Assembly (NCBI GenBank): GCA_963778655.1
Contig: CAVZVA010000009.1
Span: forward strand, 1,088,001 to 1,152,000
Length of the DNA stretch: 64,000 nt
Origin: an uncultured delta proteobacterium
GTDB lineage: Bacteria; Myxococcota_A; Polyangia; Polyangiales; JAFGIB01
Direction of reading: 5' to 3'
Shown here: positions 8,210 to 18,096 of the stretch, in pieces
Layout: the number at the start of each line of letters is the position of its first letter
Numbering within the stretch: position 1 is the first letter of the stretch
The notes under the pieces: model-generated
Seen by the model: the letters and a program-made list of their open reading frames with translations, nothing else
What the model was told of the DNA's origin: nothing
Database searches by the model: none
Program-made: the position numbers and the translations under genes

Positions 8210-11200
8210 CTAATCCTCGGTGCCGCGCGCGGGACGGGTGCGGGTGTGGAACCAGGAGCGGTAGCGCAGCATGCGCGCGTGCTGGTCGGCGGGCGCGTGG
8301 CGCTTGCAGGTCGCGAGCTCGGCCGAGCCTTGGGGCGCGCCCCAGCGCAGCTCCACGCAGTCGTTCGGGTTGTAGGCCATCTCCAGCGCCGCGCTGCGGT
8401 CGACCACGTCCTGCAGGGTGAGCGTCTGACTGCTGCCGTCGCTGCGGGTGTAGCTGAAGCTGCGCTTCTTCAGCTCGCTTGCGAGCTCGACCTGCAGCTG
8501 CTCGGCCGCGCGCGCGACGACGGCGCCTTGCAGCTTGAAGCGGTCGGGATGCTTGCGCAGTTGGGCCGGCAGCGCCATGACGCCGTCGATCGAAATCAGC
8601 AGCCGCATGTCACGCGAGGGCGTGGAAAAGTCCTCCCACGGGCCCTCGGTCTCGAAGATGTCGTAGCCGGGCGGCATCTCGATCGGTCCGTGGTGGCCCT
8701 GCGCGAAGTACTGCTCGCCATTGTCGAGCGAGAGCACACGCCGCCGCACCGATTCCTCGAAGGTGTCGAGCTGGCTCTTGAGTCGTACGTGCGGATCGAG
8801 CGGCGCGGGGTCGATCAGGCGGTCCATTGCCTCGTAGAAGTCGTCCTTGCTGCCCTGGTACTGCTGCATGCTGAACGGCGCGAACTGGTCCTGGTGCTGC
8901 AGCGCGGCGTTGTCGAGCGCGCTCAGCGTGCGGGTGGCCGCGTCGTAGACCAGCGGGCGGAAGTGCTTGAAGCCCGAGCCCACGTCCTTGGTGCTGGGCT
9001 CGAACAGAAACGAGCCGGGAGAGAAGCGCCGCCGCCCTACCGTTCCGTCGGGCTGCGCCTCGGCCGCCAGCAGGATGCCGTAGTGGGTCGGGTCGAGGCC
9101 CTGCGGAAACCAGTGGACCAGGATCATCACGTGGCCGTACGGATCGGCGTAGACCGTGCCCGGCGGCAGCGAGGCGCGCGTCAGCGCGACCGGATACAGG
9201 TCGGTTTCCGAGTCCTGGGGCGCGGTGCGCCCGGTGGCGGAGTGCACGCCGTTGCGGACCTTGCGGTTGACGAAGAACGCGAACGCGGCGGTGTCGTCGG
9301 CATCCTCGCGCGGCATCAGGTTGGTCTGCAGAGGCCCGCAGCGCGGCGGTACGCCGCTCTTGCCACGCGAGCACTGCCGGTAGGCGAACGGCAGCCGCAG
9401 CTTCCAGGCGAAGTAGGCGCGCAGCGCGTAGGGCAGGTCCGCGCAGTCCGGCACCAGCGTGATGTGCGCCTCCTCGTCCTGCTCGAAGTGGTCGTAGAGC
9501 AAGTTGCGCTGCTCGTCGCGCAGCAGCGCGTGCAGGCTGCGCCAGGTCTGCTCATCGTCGGGCGGGCCCTCGAACAGCTGCTCCACGAACGCCGACCATA
9601 GGTTCTCGGTGTCCTGTTCCCAGCGGAAGTGCGGCGTCCACACCGGACCCTCGGCCTGGCTCTGCTTGGCGGCGGCGTCCTTGTGCACGAACAGCCGCCT
9701 GCAGCCGATGCTGCGCGCGCCGTTTGCGAACACCGCGGTGTAGTGCCCGACCGCGGGCAGCAGCCGCGCCCAGACCGTGGTCGGCGGCCCGTCGAGGGTA
9801 TGGGTGTCGGCCTCCACCAGCTTGCCGTCGCCGTCGTAGATCCACAGCGCGGGCGCGGTCAGCGCCTGAGTGGCGGTCGCGATCACGCGCAGCGCGCGGT
9901 CCGCCGCCGGCCACTGCGGCGAGACGAACAGGCGCGCGTCGACGCTGTCGCTGCAGGCCTCGGGCGCGGGCGGGGAGGGTGGCGGCAAGGGGTGCACCGA
10001 CGCGCGCGCGGCCAGCGATGCCGGCGGCGGCTGCGCGCCGAGCACCACCAGCGCGGTCAGCCGCTCCAGCAGCGAGCCGCGGGAGCTGCCCGCGCCGAGC
10101 TGCAGGTCGCTTACCACCGTGCGCTGCACGTCGACCACGGTCTCGCCGCCGCCGCTGCATGGCCGCGCGTACTCGCCGAGCGCGTGCAGCGCCATGGGCG
10201 TGCCGGCCTCGTTCTTGCCGAGGTAGAGCATGATGTGACCGGGCAGGCCGAGCAGCACCGCGGCGTGCGGCGCCACCGCGTCGAGCGCCGCGAGCTTCTC
10301 TTGCGGGCTCATGCCGTGCAGGTCCAGGTTGAACAGACCGGCCTGGGCCTGCCAGCCGCTGTGCCGCGGCAGCGCCAGGTCGAACGACTCGAACACGTCC
10401 ATCTGCAGCCGCGAGCAGTCGCGGCCGCCGTTGGCGTCGCCGAAGCCGTAGGGCGAGCCGAGAAAGCTGAACGCGGTGGTCAGCAGGGCGCGGCGCGTGA
10501 GCGGCCGCCGCGCCGGCTCAAGCCCCTGGGATGGCAGCTCGTGAAAGCCGTCGCGCGCCGCGATCAGCAGCTTGCCGCCGGGCAGCAGCGGCACGCTGGC
10601 GTGCGCCGGCAGCGGGTACTTGCGGCCCTGCGCGTCCGAGAGCGTCACCGCTTGCGGCGCAACCGCGCGCGCGCCGTGCACGAACGCCTCGCGCTGCGGC
10701 GCCGGGATCGGCGGCGAGAGCCGGGCCTCGTCGGCGGCGTCGAGGAAGCCGAGTGCGTAGCGCGTGCGCACCAGCAGCATGCTGCCCGGCCACGGCGCGA
10801 GCACCTGCAGCACTTCCTGCTCGCGCACGGCGCTGCACGCGTTGCGGTCGTAGACCAGGTTGAGCGGCGCGCCCGGCTTGCGCTCGAACAGCGGCTGATC
10901 GAAAGGCCCGCAGCGGATCGGCAGCACGCCGAGCGCGACGCGCAGCGCAGGCGCGGCTTTGGGCACAGGGGCCTCGAATGCCTGCAGCGCCGCGGGCGGC
11001 AGCGCCTTGCCCTCGCGGTCCACGTAGCGCCCGTCGGCCAGGCGCTCGCGCAGGTAGCGCAGGCGCTGCTCGGTGTCGCGCTGCAGCTCGGCCGCCGGCA
11101 GCGGCTGCAGCAGGTCGCGTTGGCTGTAGAGCTGGTCGCCCGAACGGCCCACCCCGCGGTCGTACGCCTCGATCTGCTCGCCGGTGAGCAGCGGCACGTC

Positions 11201-11419
11201 GAGCTCGGCCTTGCTGTAACGGCCCAGCCAATAGCCGAGCAGCAGCTGCTCGGGTCGCGTACCCGGCATCAGCTCGGGCGCGGGCGCGCGCGCCGGGCAA
11301 GCCTGCGCGGGCGCGCTCTGGCTTCCGCGGGTAGGCGCAGGCTTGCGCTTCTCGCTGCACCCGCACGCGAGCAGGGCGACGAGCCACAGCGCAGCCAATT
11401 GGCGGGCACGAGCGCGCAC
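8210..11419 (-). CDS. Large lipoprotein with an NlpC/P60 peptidoglycan peptidase domain plus a second putative Cys-His hydrolase domain
   Basis: Probable GTG start at 11419 (VRARARQLAALWLVALLACGC lipobox). PYGFG..RDCS, PGHIMLYLG and ALH form the NlpC/P60 triad. The C-terminal half has DCADLPYALRAYFAWK and PYGHVMILV. Confidence 0.75.
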   Translation of the reverse strand: MRARARQLAALWLVALLACGCSEKRKPAPTRGSQSAPAQACPARAPAPELMPGTRPEQLLLGYWLGRYSKAELDVPLLTGEQIEAYDRGVGRSGDQLYSQRDLLQPLPAAELQRDTEQRLRYLRERLADGRYVDREGKALPPAALQAFEAPVPKAAPALRVALGVLPIRCGPFDQPLFERKPGAPLNLVYDRNACSAVREQEVLQVLAPWPGSMLLVRTRYALGFLDAADEARLSPPIPAPQREAFVHGARAVAPQAVTLSDAQGRKYPLPAHASVPLLPGGKLLIAARDGFHELPSQGLEPARRPLTRRALLTTAFSFLGSPYGFGDANGGRDCSRLQMDVFESFDLALPRHSGWQAQAGLFNLDLHGMSPQEKLAALDAVAPHAAVLLGLPGHIMLYLGKNEAGTPMALHALGEYARPCSGGGETVVDVQRTVVSDLQLGAGSSRGSLLERLTALVVLGAQPPPASLAARASVHPLPPPSPPAPEACSDSVDARLFVSPQWPAADRALRVIATATQALTAPALWIYDGDGKLVEADTHTLDGPPTTVWARLLPAVGHYTAVFANGARSIGCRRLFVHKDAAAKQSQAEGPVWTPHFRWEQDTENLWSAFVEQLFEGPPDDEQTWRSLHALLRDEQRNLLYDHFEQDEEAHITLVPDCADLPYALRAYFAWKLRLPFAYRQCSRGKSGVPPRCGPLQTNLMPREDADDTAAFAFFVNRKVRNGVHSATGRTAPQDSETDLYPVALTRASLPPGTVYADPYGHVMILVHWFPQGLDPTHYGILLAAEAQPDGTVGRRRFSPGSFLFEPSTKDVGSGFKHFRPLVYDAATRTLSALDNAALQHQDQFAPFSMQQYQGSKDDFYEAMDRLIDPAPLDPHVRLKSQLDTFEESVRRRVLSLDNGEQYFAQGHHGPIEMPPGYDIFETEGPWEDFSTPSRDMRLLISIDGVMALPAQLRKHPDRFKLQGAVVARAAEQLQVELASELKKRSFSYTRSDGSSQTLTLQDVVDRSAALEMAYNPNDCVELRWGAPQGSAELATCKRHAPADQHARMLRYRSWFHTRTRPARGTED

Positions 11420-11519
11420 GCAGCGGCCGATACTACACCGGGGCTCGCGCGAAGGGGCGCAGGCCTGCTCTTTTTGCCGGGCGATTTGCGCTTCGGCGCG
11501 CGCCGGGTTAACCACGCAC

Positions 11520-12155
11520 ATGCCCGAGACGGCCTTTCGCGCGGTGATCTTCGACCTGGGGGGCGTGGTGCTGGGCTCGCCCCTGCGCGCGTTCCTCGAA
11601 TACGAGCGCGACAGCGACCTCCCGCCCGGCCTGCTGGGGCGGACGATCGCGTACAGCGGCGCCGGTGGCGCGTGGTCGCAGCTGGAGCGCGGTGAGCTCG
11701 ATTCGGCGCGCTTTTGCGCCGCGCTCGAGGCCGAGGTCGCGGCGGCCGGCGCGCGCATCCGCGCCAATGAGCTCATGGAGCGCATCGCGCTGGCTTCGCC
11801 CGTGCTGGAGCCGATGCTGGCGGCGGTGCGGCGGGTGCGCGCTCACGGGCTGCTTGCCGGCGCGCTGACCAACAACTGGCGCTCCGACGACCAGCACCAG
11901 AAGGTGAGCCAGCTGCGGCCCGAGTTCGATGCCTTCGTCGAATCCTGGCGCGAGGGTATGCGCAAGCCCGAGCCGGGCATCTACCGCCTGGCGCTGCAGC
12001 GGCTCGCGGTGGAGCCGGAGCAGGTGGTGTTCCTGGACGACCTTGGCCAGAACCTCAAGCCCGCGCGCGCCATGGGCATGACCACCATCAAGGTGAGCGA
12101 GCCGCTGGACGCGCTGGGTGAGCTGGAACGCGTGCTCGGTCTGTCCTTGCGCTGA
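11520..12155 (+). CDS. HAD-superfamily phosphatase (subfamily IA)
   Basis: ATG 11520. VIFDLGGVV, LTNNW, RKPEPGIY and FLDDLGQNL motifs. Confidence 0.9.
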   Translation: MPETAFRAVIFDLGGVVLGSPLRAFLEYERDSDLPPGLLGRTIAYSGAGGAWSQLERGELDSARFCAALEAEVAAAGARIRANELMERIALASPVLEPMLAAVRRVRAHGLLAGALTNNWRSDDQHQKVSQLRPEFDAFVESWREGMRKPEPGIYRLALQRLAVEPEQVVFLDDLGQNLKPARAMGMTTIKVSEPLDALGELERVLGLSLR

Positions 12156-12164
12156 GTCTCGTGC

Positions 12165-12710
12165 TCAGTGCTTCAAGTCGTGGCAGCGCTCGTAGGCTGC
12201 CGACTCGAGCTGCTGGGCCTGTTTGAGCTGCGGATACTCGGGGTGCACGATCACCGCCGCGGCCGCGGTCCTGGCGGCCTGCGAATCGCCAGTGGCGGCG
12301 TCGCGCGCAGCCCGGGCCAGCACCAGGCGGTCGCTCAGATCCTCGATCGTGGCCTTCGCCTCCGCGTTCTTCTGGTTGAGCGCCGCACACTCCGCATCGC
12401 GCTCACACGCCTCGTGGTACGCGCTTTGGTAGGCGCGCAGCCAGGCGCCGCTGCTGCGGTCGTAGCGCGCGTCCGCCAGCTTCTGCGCCGCCGGCGCGAG
12501 CCGGTGCTCGACCTCGGAGCTGAGCTTGGCCTGGGCGGCGCTCTGCGCGGCAAGCGCCGCCGCGTGCGCGTGCTCGAGCGCCTGCACATAGCCGGTCCAG
12601 GCCTTCTCCGCCGCCGCCCGCGCGGTGTCGCACTTGTGCTGCGCGCTCTCGCAGCCCAGGCAGGCGAGCACGCACAGTCCGCACAGCAGGCTGACGCGCC
12701 GCCGCAGCAT
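12165..12710 (-). CDS. Hypothetical alpha-helical lipoprotein
   Basis: ATG 12710 gives MLRRRVSLLCGLCVLACLGC (lipobox). The body is Ala-rich and helical. It lies directly downstream of ilvN. Confidence 0.6.
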   Translation of the reverse strand: MLRRRVSLLCGLCVLACLGCESAQHKCDTARAAAEKAWTGYVQALEHAHAAALAAQSAAQAKLSSEVEHRLAPAAQKLADARYDRSSGAWLRAYQSAYHEACERDAECAALNQKNAEAKATIEDLSDRLVLARAARDAATGDSQAARTAAAAVIVHPEYPQLKQAQQLESAAYERCHDLKH

Positions 12711-12718
12711 GCGCGGCT

Positions 12719-13252
12719 TCAGCCCTGCCCGCCCAGCAGGTGCGCGAAAGGAGAGGCGCCGCGGTCCATCACGATCTTGCCCGAGCGCACCAGCTCCTCC
12801 AGGTTGCACGCGCTCAGCTCGGACAGCAGCGCGTCAATCGCCGCGCTGCTGCCGTACATCGCCAGGATCACACGGCCGTCGCCGTCGCCCAGGATGCGCG
12901 CGCCGTGGCGCTCGGCCGCGGCCAGCGCCGACGCGCGCGACACGCCCTCGCAGCGCAGCTTGAACAGCGCCACCTCGGCCTCGAGCGGCTCAACGCCGCG
13001 GTGGTCGGTGACGAACACCACGTCCACCAGCTTGGCCAGCTGCTTGTTGATCTGTTCGACGTTTTCGGTGTCGCCGCGGCTCACGATCGTCATGCGCGCG
13101 AAGCCGCCGACCACGCCGGGGCTCACGGCCAGGCTCTCGATGTTGTAGCCGCGCCGCGCGAACACCAGTGCGATCCGCACCAGCACCCCCGGACGGTCTC
13201 GCGTGACCAGCGAGAAGGTGTGCATCCCCGGCTGCGCTGCTGGCTGGCCCAT
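12719..13252 (-). CDS. ilvN: Acetolactate synthase small (regulatory, ACT) subunit
   Basis: ATG 13252. DRPGVLVRIALVFARRGYNIESLAV, QINKQLAKLVDV and ELVRSG. Follows the large subunit gene. Confidence 0.92.
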   Translation of the reverse strand: MGQPAAQPGMHTFSLVTRDRPGVLVRIALVFARRGYNIESLAVSPGVVGGFARMTIVSRGDTENVEQINKQLAKLVDVVFVTDHRGVEPLEAEVALFKLRCEGVSRASALAAAERHGARILGDGDGRVILAMYGSSAAIDALLSELSACNLEELVRSGKIVMDRGASPFAHLLGGQG

Positions 13253-13257
13253 GACTT

Positions 13258-14973
13258 TCAGGTGGAGCCGGAGGGCTTGGCCAGCTTTTGCTTGGGGCGC
13301 TCGATGATCATGTCGCGCAACGGCGCACCTGCGGGGATCATCGGGAAGACGTTGTCTTCCTTTTCCACCACCGCCTCGACCACGCAGGGGCCGTCGCGAT
13401 ATTCGCGCGCCGCCCGCAGCACTCCGTCGACCTCGCTCGGCTTGCGGATGTGGAAGCCCTTGATTCCGTAGGCGCCCGCGAGCTTGACGAAGTCCGGGTT
13501 GCCCTCGAGGTCGACGCCCGACAGTCGGTTGTCGAAGAACAGCTCCTGCCACTGGCGAACCATGCCCAGGTAGTTGTTGTTGATGATCAACACCTTGACC
13601 GGCAGCTTGTGCACCGCCGCGGTGGCCAGCTCGCTCATCGTCATCTGGAAGCCGCCGTCGCCCACGACCGCCCAGACCTCCGCCTCCGGACGCGCGAACT
13701 GCGCGCCGATCGCCGCCGGAAAGCCGAAACCCATGGTCCCGGCGCCGCCCGAGCTCAGCCACATGCGGTTGGCGCGCGTGAGGCAGAACTGCGCCGCCCA
13801 CATCTGGTGCTGGCCGACGTCGGTGGCGATCAGCGCGCGACCCTCGGTCACCGCGTTGAGCCGGTCGAGCACGTGCTGCGCACGCAGCCGATCGTCTTCA
13901 GGATAGCCGAGCGGAAACTCCCGGCGCCAGGCCTCGCACTGCGCGAGCCAGCCCGCGGTGTCGAGCTTGCCGCACAACGGCAGCAGCTCCTCGATCACCT
14001 TGCGCGCGTCGCCCAGCAGGTGCACGTCGCACTTGACGGTCTTGTCGAGCTCCGCCGGGTCGATGTCGACGTGGATGCGGCTGGCCTCGGTGCAGAACTC
14101 GCTGACCTTGCCGGTGATGCGGTCGTCCCAGCGCGCGCCGATCGCCATGATCAGGTCGCAGTGGATCACCGCCTTGTTGGCGTAGGCGGTGCCGTGCATG
14201 CCGAGCATCCCGAGGTGCAGCGGCGCGGTCTCGTCGACCGCACCCTTGCCGAGCAGGGTGTTGACCACCGGCGCCTGCAGCTTCTCGGCCAGCGCGGTGA
14301 TCGCGGGACCCGCGCCGGCGATCACCGCGCCATGCCCCACGTACAGCACCGGGCGCTTGGACTTGGCCAGCAAGGCGGCGGCCCGCTCAAGCGCCCCGTG
14401 CTCGGCGCGTCCAGGCACCACGTAGCCCGGGATGTCGGGCGGCCCGGGGTCGGGTGCGGTGCAGCGCGCGGAGGTGACGTCCTTGGGCAGATCGATCAGC
14501 ACCGGCCCGGGGCGCCCGGTGGTAGCCAGGTGGAAGGCCTCGCTGACCACGCGCGGGATGTCGTTGGCGTCGGTCACGAGGTAGCTGTGCTTGACCACCG
14601 GGTAGGTGATGCCAGTGACGTCCGCTTCCTGGAAGGCGTCCTTGCCCAGGTTGAAGGTCGGGGTCTGGCCGGTCAGCACCACGATCGGCACCGAGTCCAT
14701 CAGCGCGGTCAACATCCCGGTCACGGTGTTGGTCGCGCCCGGGCCCGAGGTCACGAGCACCACGCCCGGCCGGCCCGTGGCGCGGGCGTAGCCGTCGGCC
14801 ATGTGGGTGCCGCCCTGCTCGTGGCGGGTGAGCACGAGCTTGATCGTGCTGTCGACCAGCGCATCGAAGATCGGCATCGCCGCGCCGCCCGACAGGCCGA
14901 AGATGTGCTTGACCCCCTGGGCCTCCAGGCAGCGTACGAGCCGCTCCGCGCCGGTGAGGGTCGGGGTGCTCAT
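13258..14973 (-). CDS. ilvB: Acetolactate synthase large subunit, biosynthetic type
   Basis: TRHEQGGTHMADGYAR, TSGPGATN, DAFQEAD, GMLGMHG, DVGQHQMW and the TPP motif GDGGFQM..NNNYLGMVRQWQ. Likely start MSTPTLTGAE. Confidence 0.95.
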   Translation of the reverse strand: MSTPTLTGAERLVRCLEAQGVKHIFGLSGGAAMPIFDALVDSTIKLVLTRHEQGGTHMADGYARATGRPGVVLVTSGPGATNTVTGMLTALMDSVPIVVLTGQTPTFNLGKDAFQEADVTGITYPVVKHSYLVTDANDIPRVVSEAFHLATTGRPGPVLIDLPKDVTSARCTAPDPGPPDIPGYVVPGRAEHGALERAAALLAKSKRPVLYVGHGAVIAGAGPAITALAEKLQAPVVNTLLGKGAVDETAPLHLGMLGMHGTAYANKAVIHCDLIMAIGARWDDRITGKVSEFCTEASRIHVDIDPAELDKTVKCDVHLLGDARKVIEELLPLCGKLDTAGWLAQCEAWRREFPLGYPEDDRLRAQHVLDRLNAVTEGRALIATDVGQHQMWAAQFCLTRANRMWLSSGGAGTMGFGFPAAIGAQFARPEAEVWAVVGDGGFQMTMSELATAAVHKLPVKVLIINNNYLGMVRQWQELFFDNRLSGVDLEGNPDFVKLAGAYGIKGFHIRKPSEVDGVLRAAREYRDGPCVVEAVVEKEDNVFPMIPAGAPLRDMIIERPKQKLAKPSGST

Positions 14974-15304
14974 GTTCGCCTGCGGGTTGGGTCTGGAGCC
15001 GTCCATGATACTTGCCGACGGCGCGGAGCCTTTGGCCAGGGCGCACACCGCGCGCGCCGAGACCCTCCGGCCGGACTCGAAACCATGCCAGAATGGGGCT
15101 GAATTGTCCAGCGATCCTGAGATCCTAGGGCCACGGGCTCACCATCAAAGGAGGCTTGGCGCGTGGGTCGCGCGCAGGCGCGGCAGCAACCCTTCTGCGG
15201 GTGCCGTCCGTCTGAGCGACCTTCCCGTAGTCCTGCTCCCGCGGGGAGCGGACGTCCACCTCTGGCTTGAGCGGAGAGCGCATGGCGGGGCCAACACTAG
15301 GGGG

Positions 15305-15688
15305 CTAATTGAGCGCGTGCGGCAACGCCAAGCTGAAAGGCGGGATCTCGGCCTCGAACACGCTTCCGTCGTCGCGCACCATCTCGTAGCTACCGTGCAT
15401 GCTGCCATGTGGGGTGCTCAACACGCAGCCGCTGGTGTACTCGAAGCCGCTGCCCGGAGCGATCACCGGCTGCTTGCCCACCACGCCCGGGCCCCGCACC
15501 TCCTCCTCCTTGCCGTTGCCGTGGAGGATGTGCCAGTGGCGGGCGCGCAGTTGCACGGTGCGGCCCGACTCGTTGGCGATGCGAATCGTGTAGGCGAAGA
15601 CGAAGCGGCTCGCCCGCACGTCCGACTGTTCCGGTAGATACTGGCTCCGCACCACGATGCGGATGCCCTGCGTGACCGCGACGTCCAC
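15305..15688 (-). CDS. apaG: ApaG protein
   Basis: FAYTIRIANE, LRARHWHI, VRGPGVVGKQP, FEYTSG and GSMHGSY. Likely GTG start at 15688. Confidence 0.92.
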   Translation of the reverse strand: MDVAVTQGIRIVVRSQYLPEQSDVRASRFVFAYTIRIANESGRTVQLRARHWHILHGNGKEEEVRGPGVVGKQPVIAPGSGFEYTSGCVLSTPHGSMHGSYEMVRDDGSVFEAEIPPFSLALPHALN

Positions 15689-15871
15689 GGTGTGCGGTGT
15701 AGTCCACGGCCCGACGCGACTCAAGCCTGCACGGCAGCGGCGCCTCGCGGTGCTCGTCCTACAGCGACCCCGCATGGTTGACACCGTGCGCAGTCACCGC
15801 CACTGTGTCGGTCGGGTGCAGGCGCTCGCGGGCGGACTTCGTCGGTGGCGCGTACCTCGCCTCGGAGACCC

Positions 15872-16261
15872 ATGCAGGGCCGCAGCGACAACGAGATCCT
15901 CGCCTGGATCGACAGCGTCGGCGGTACAGAGGCTTTTTTGGAGCAGGCCTTCGCCGGCATGTGCGACGCGTTTCTGGCAGAACGCGCGGGCGACCGCAGC
16001 GCGGTAATCACCTGGGACATCCGCACGCCCGACCGCGGGGTCGTGAGCTACCAGGTGGTCGTGGACCGGGGCAGCTGTCGTGCTCAGCGCGGGGTGCTGC
16101 CGGGCTCGGGGGTCGTGCTCGACATCGCGATGCCGGACTTTCTGCGCCTGCTGGCGGGCGCGCTCGATACCACCGAAGCCGTCGAGCGGGGCAAGCTCGG
16201 CGTGTCCGGAGACCGGGTGCTCGCCCGCTCCGTGCGGGATTGGTTTCAGGGAAGCCACTGA
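15872..16261 (+). CDS. SCP2 sterol/lipid-binding domain protein
   Basis: The C-terminus DFLRLLAGALDTTEAVERGKLGVSGDRVLA matches the SCP2 pattern. ATG 15872 follows GGAG. Confidence 0.75.
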   Translation: MQGRSDNEILAWIDSVGGTEAFLEQAFAGMCDAFLAERAGDRSAVITWDIRTPDRGVVSYQVVVDRGSCRAQRGVLPGSGVVLDIAMPDFLRLLAGALDTTEAVERGKLGVSGDRVLARSVRDWFQGSH

Positions 16262-16269
16262 GGGAAAGC

Positions 16270-17724
16270 ATGCGGACTACAGCTCGGGCCGTTCTTGTGC
16301 TTGCGTTGGCCACGTTCTGCGGGTGCTCCTCCAGCACCTCCAGCAGCTCCAAAGGTGCGAAGGACGGGGGCGCCGAGGACGGCGGCGCCGGCTCCGGAGG
16401 GGGGGGCCAGGGCGGCAGCAACGCCGCGGGCGGCGCGCTGGGCGCAGCTTGCGAGAAGTCGAGCGACTGCGCCTCGGGGCTGTCGTGCGACCAAGAGGTG
16501 GACAACAGCTACCCCGCAGACAATTTGCCCCCGGGCGTGAAGGAGGTGCCCTCGAAGGCGTATCCCGGCGGCTCGTGCACGCCGGTGCCGGCCGGCGCCT
16601 ACGACCCCAACGGCGTGCGTTCGTGCGATCCGCTGGCGGCGCAGCCCCAGCAGGGTTGCGGCAGCGACGGCGCGTGCGTGGCGGTCTCGGTGGGCCAACA
16701 GACCGAGGTGGCCTGTCGCCCGACCTGCAATCCGGCCGCCGCCAAGAACGACTGCGGCGGGCGTTTCGGGTACACCTGCGACTTCGAGCTGCGCGCGTGC
16801 GTGGAGGGCTGCCAGTCGGACGAGGAGTGCAGGCTTCAGCTTGCGGACTCGAACAACGACGGCCAGCCCGACGGGCTGGTTTACGACGACGGCTCCAAGG
16901 CTGTGTGCGACACCGACTCGTTTCGCTGCGTGGTCAAGTCGGGCGCGGCCAACGCGGACACCGGCGCACCCTGCCAGCGGCTCGACGACTGCGAAGCCGA
17001 TGGCGTCTGCGTGCAGCCGCTGCAGACCTACGGCGGGATGCCGTTTCCCGACGGCTACTGCACCAAGCTCGGCTGCGACCTGAGCGGACGGGAGTGCAAG
17101 GGTGACGGGGCCGTATGCGCTCCGCTGCGCTCGTGGAGCCCCGGCACGGTCACGTCGTCCGCCTGCTTCCAGAGCTGCGAGGTCGGTGCGGAGCCCGAGG
17201 CCGACCAGCTCGGCAGCGGGGGCCACGGCAAGGGCTGCCGGGTCGGCTATCGCTGCCACTACAACGGCGGCAACGGCAGCGCGGCCGGATCGGCGCAGGG
17301 CGTGTGCGTCGGCGGCAACTATAACGACGTGACCGACAACAACCTGGGGCAGTCCTGCCAGTCGGACGCGGACTGCTATTCGCCGTTCGGGCTCGGCGTG
17401 TGCTTGCAGCTCGGCGTCGGCTCGGTGCAGGCGCCGACGGGCACCTGCAGCATCTTCGATTGCAAGGTGCCGGGGCTGCCGGACAACGTGTGCGGCGCGG
17501 GCGGCGAGTGCATCGGGTTGAACGGCGACGTCACCTTCTGCGTGAAGACCTGCAAAGACGCCAGTGAATGCGCGGACGGCTACGCCTGCGCCGACGACGA
17601 CGGCGACGCCACCACCTCGAAGGTCTGCTACCCGGCGTGTTTCGGCGACGAGGATTGCCGCGCGGGCACGGAGCGCTGTACCTCGACTAGCGCGTCCACC
17701 GCCGGGAGCTGCGTGGCCTCCTAG
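16270..17724 (+). CDS. Cys-rich secreted lipoprotein with repeated CxxDxDC / GYCT modules
   Basis: ATG 16270 gives MRTTARAVLVLALATFCGC. A Gly/Ser linker is followed by many CxSDxxC repeats. Confidence 0.75.
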   Translation: MRTTARAVLVLALATFCGCSSSTSSSSKGAKDGGAEDGGAGSGGGGQGGSNAAGGALGAACEKSSDCASGLSCDQEVDNSYPADNLPPGVKEVPSKAYPGGSCTPVPAGAYDPNGVRSCDPLAAQPQQGCGSDGACVAVSVGQQTEVACRPTCNPAAAKNDCGGRFGYTCDFELRACVEGCQSDEECRLQLADSNNDGQPDGLVYDDGSKAVCDTDSFRCVVKSGAANADTGAPCQRLDDCEADGVCVQPLQTYGGMPFPDGYCTKLGCDLSGRECKGDGAVCAPLRSWSPGTVTSSACFQSCEVGAEPEADQLGSGGHGKGCRVGYRCHYNGGNGSAAGSAQGVCVGGNYNDVTDNNLGQSCQSDADCYSPFGLGVCLQLGVGSVQAPTGTCSIFDCKVPGLPDNVCGAGGECIGLNGDVTFCVKTCKDASECADGYACADDDGDATTSKVCYPACFGDEDCRAGTERCTSTSASTAGSCVAS

Positions 17725-17832
17725 TCCAAGGAGACCCGCCAGGCGCCGGGGCCGTCGCGGGCCGGTGGGCCGAAGCGTTGCGTTTGGAGCCGAACCCGGG
17801 TACACCTCCCCGACTCACCTGAGGTCCCCGTC

Positions 17833-17964
17833 ATGTACATCTATTCGCCGCGTGGCCGTCGCGCCAAGGACCGCAGCCGCAGCAACCGCCTGCGCGCCAA
17901 GCTCAAGGCCAAGAACCGCCGGCGGGTCAACCGCATGGCTCGCCGCCGCCTCAGCGCCAAGTAG
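17833..17964 (+). CDS. Small, highly basic 43-aa protein (not in ORF track)
   Basis: MYIYSPRGRRAKDRSRSNRLRAKLKAKNRRRVNRMARRRLSAK. GAGGT SD at 17821-17825. Codons are strongly GC3-biased (CGC/AAG). Confidence 0.7.
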   Translation: MYIYSPRGRRAKDRSRSNRLRAKLKAKNRRRVNRMARRRLSAK

Positions 17965-18096
17965 GCTCGGGCTCGGAAAGGTCCAGCGGGCTTCGTCCTC
18001 AGCCCGGTCTTGCGGGCGCGCTTGCTCCTGAGCGCTTCTGGACGCCTGCTTCTGTGCCGGCAAGCGCGTGCACGACACCGGGGCGTGGCGCAGGGG

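Noticed and set aside
15095..15304. GGGGCTGA start suggestive of tmRNA
   Set aside because: It lacks the GATTCGAC 5' motif and any tRNA-like 3' end with TTCGA..CCA.
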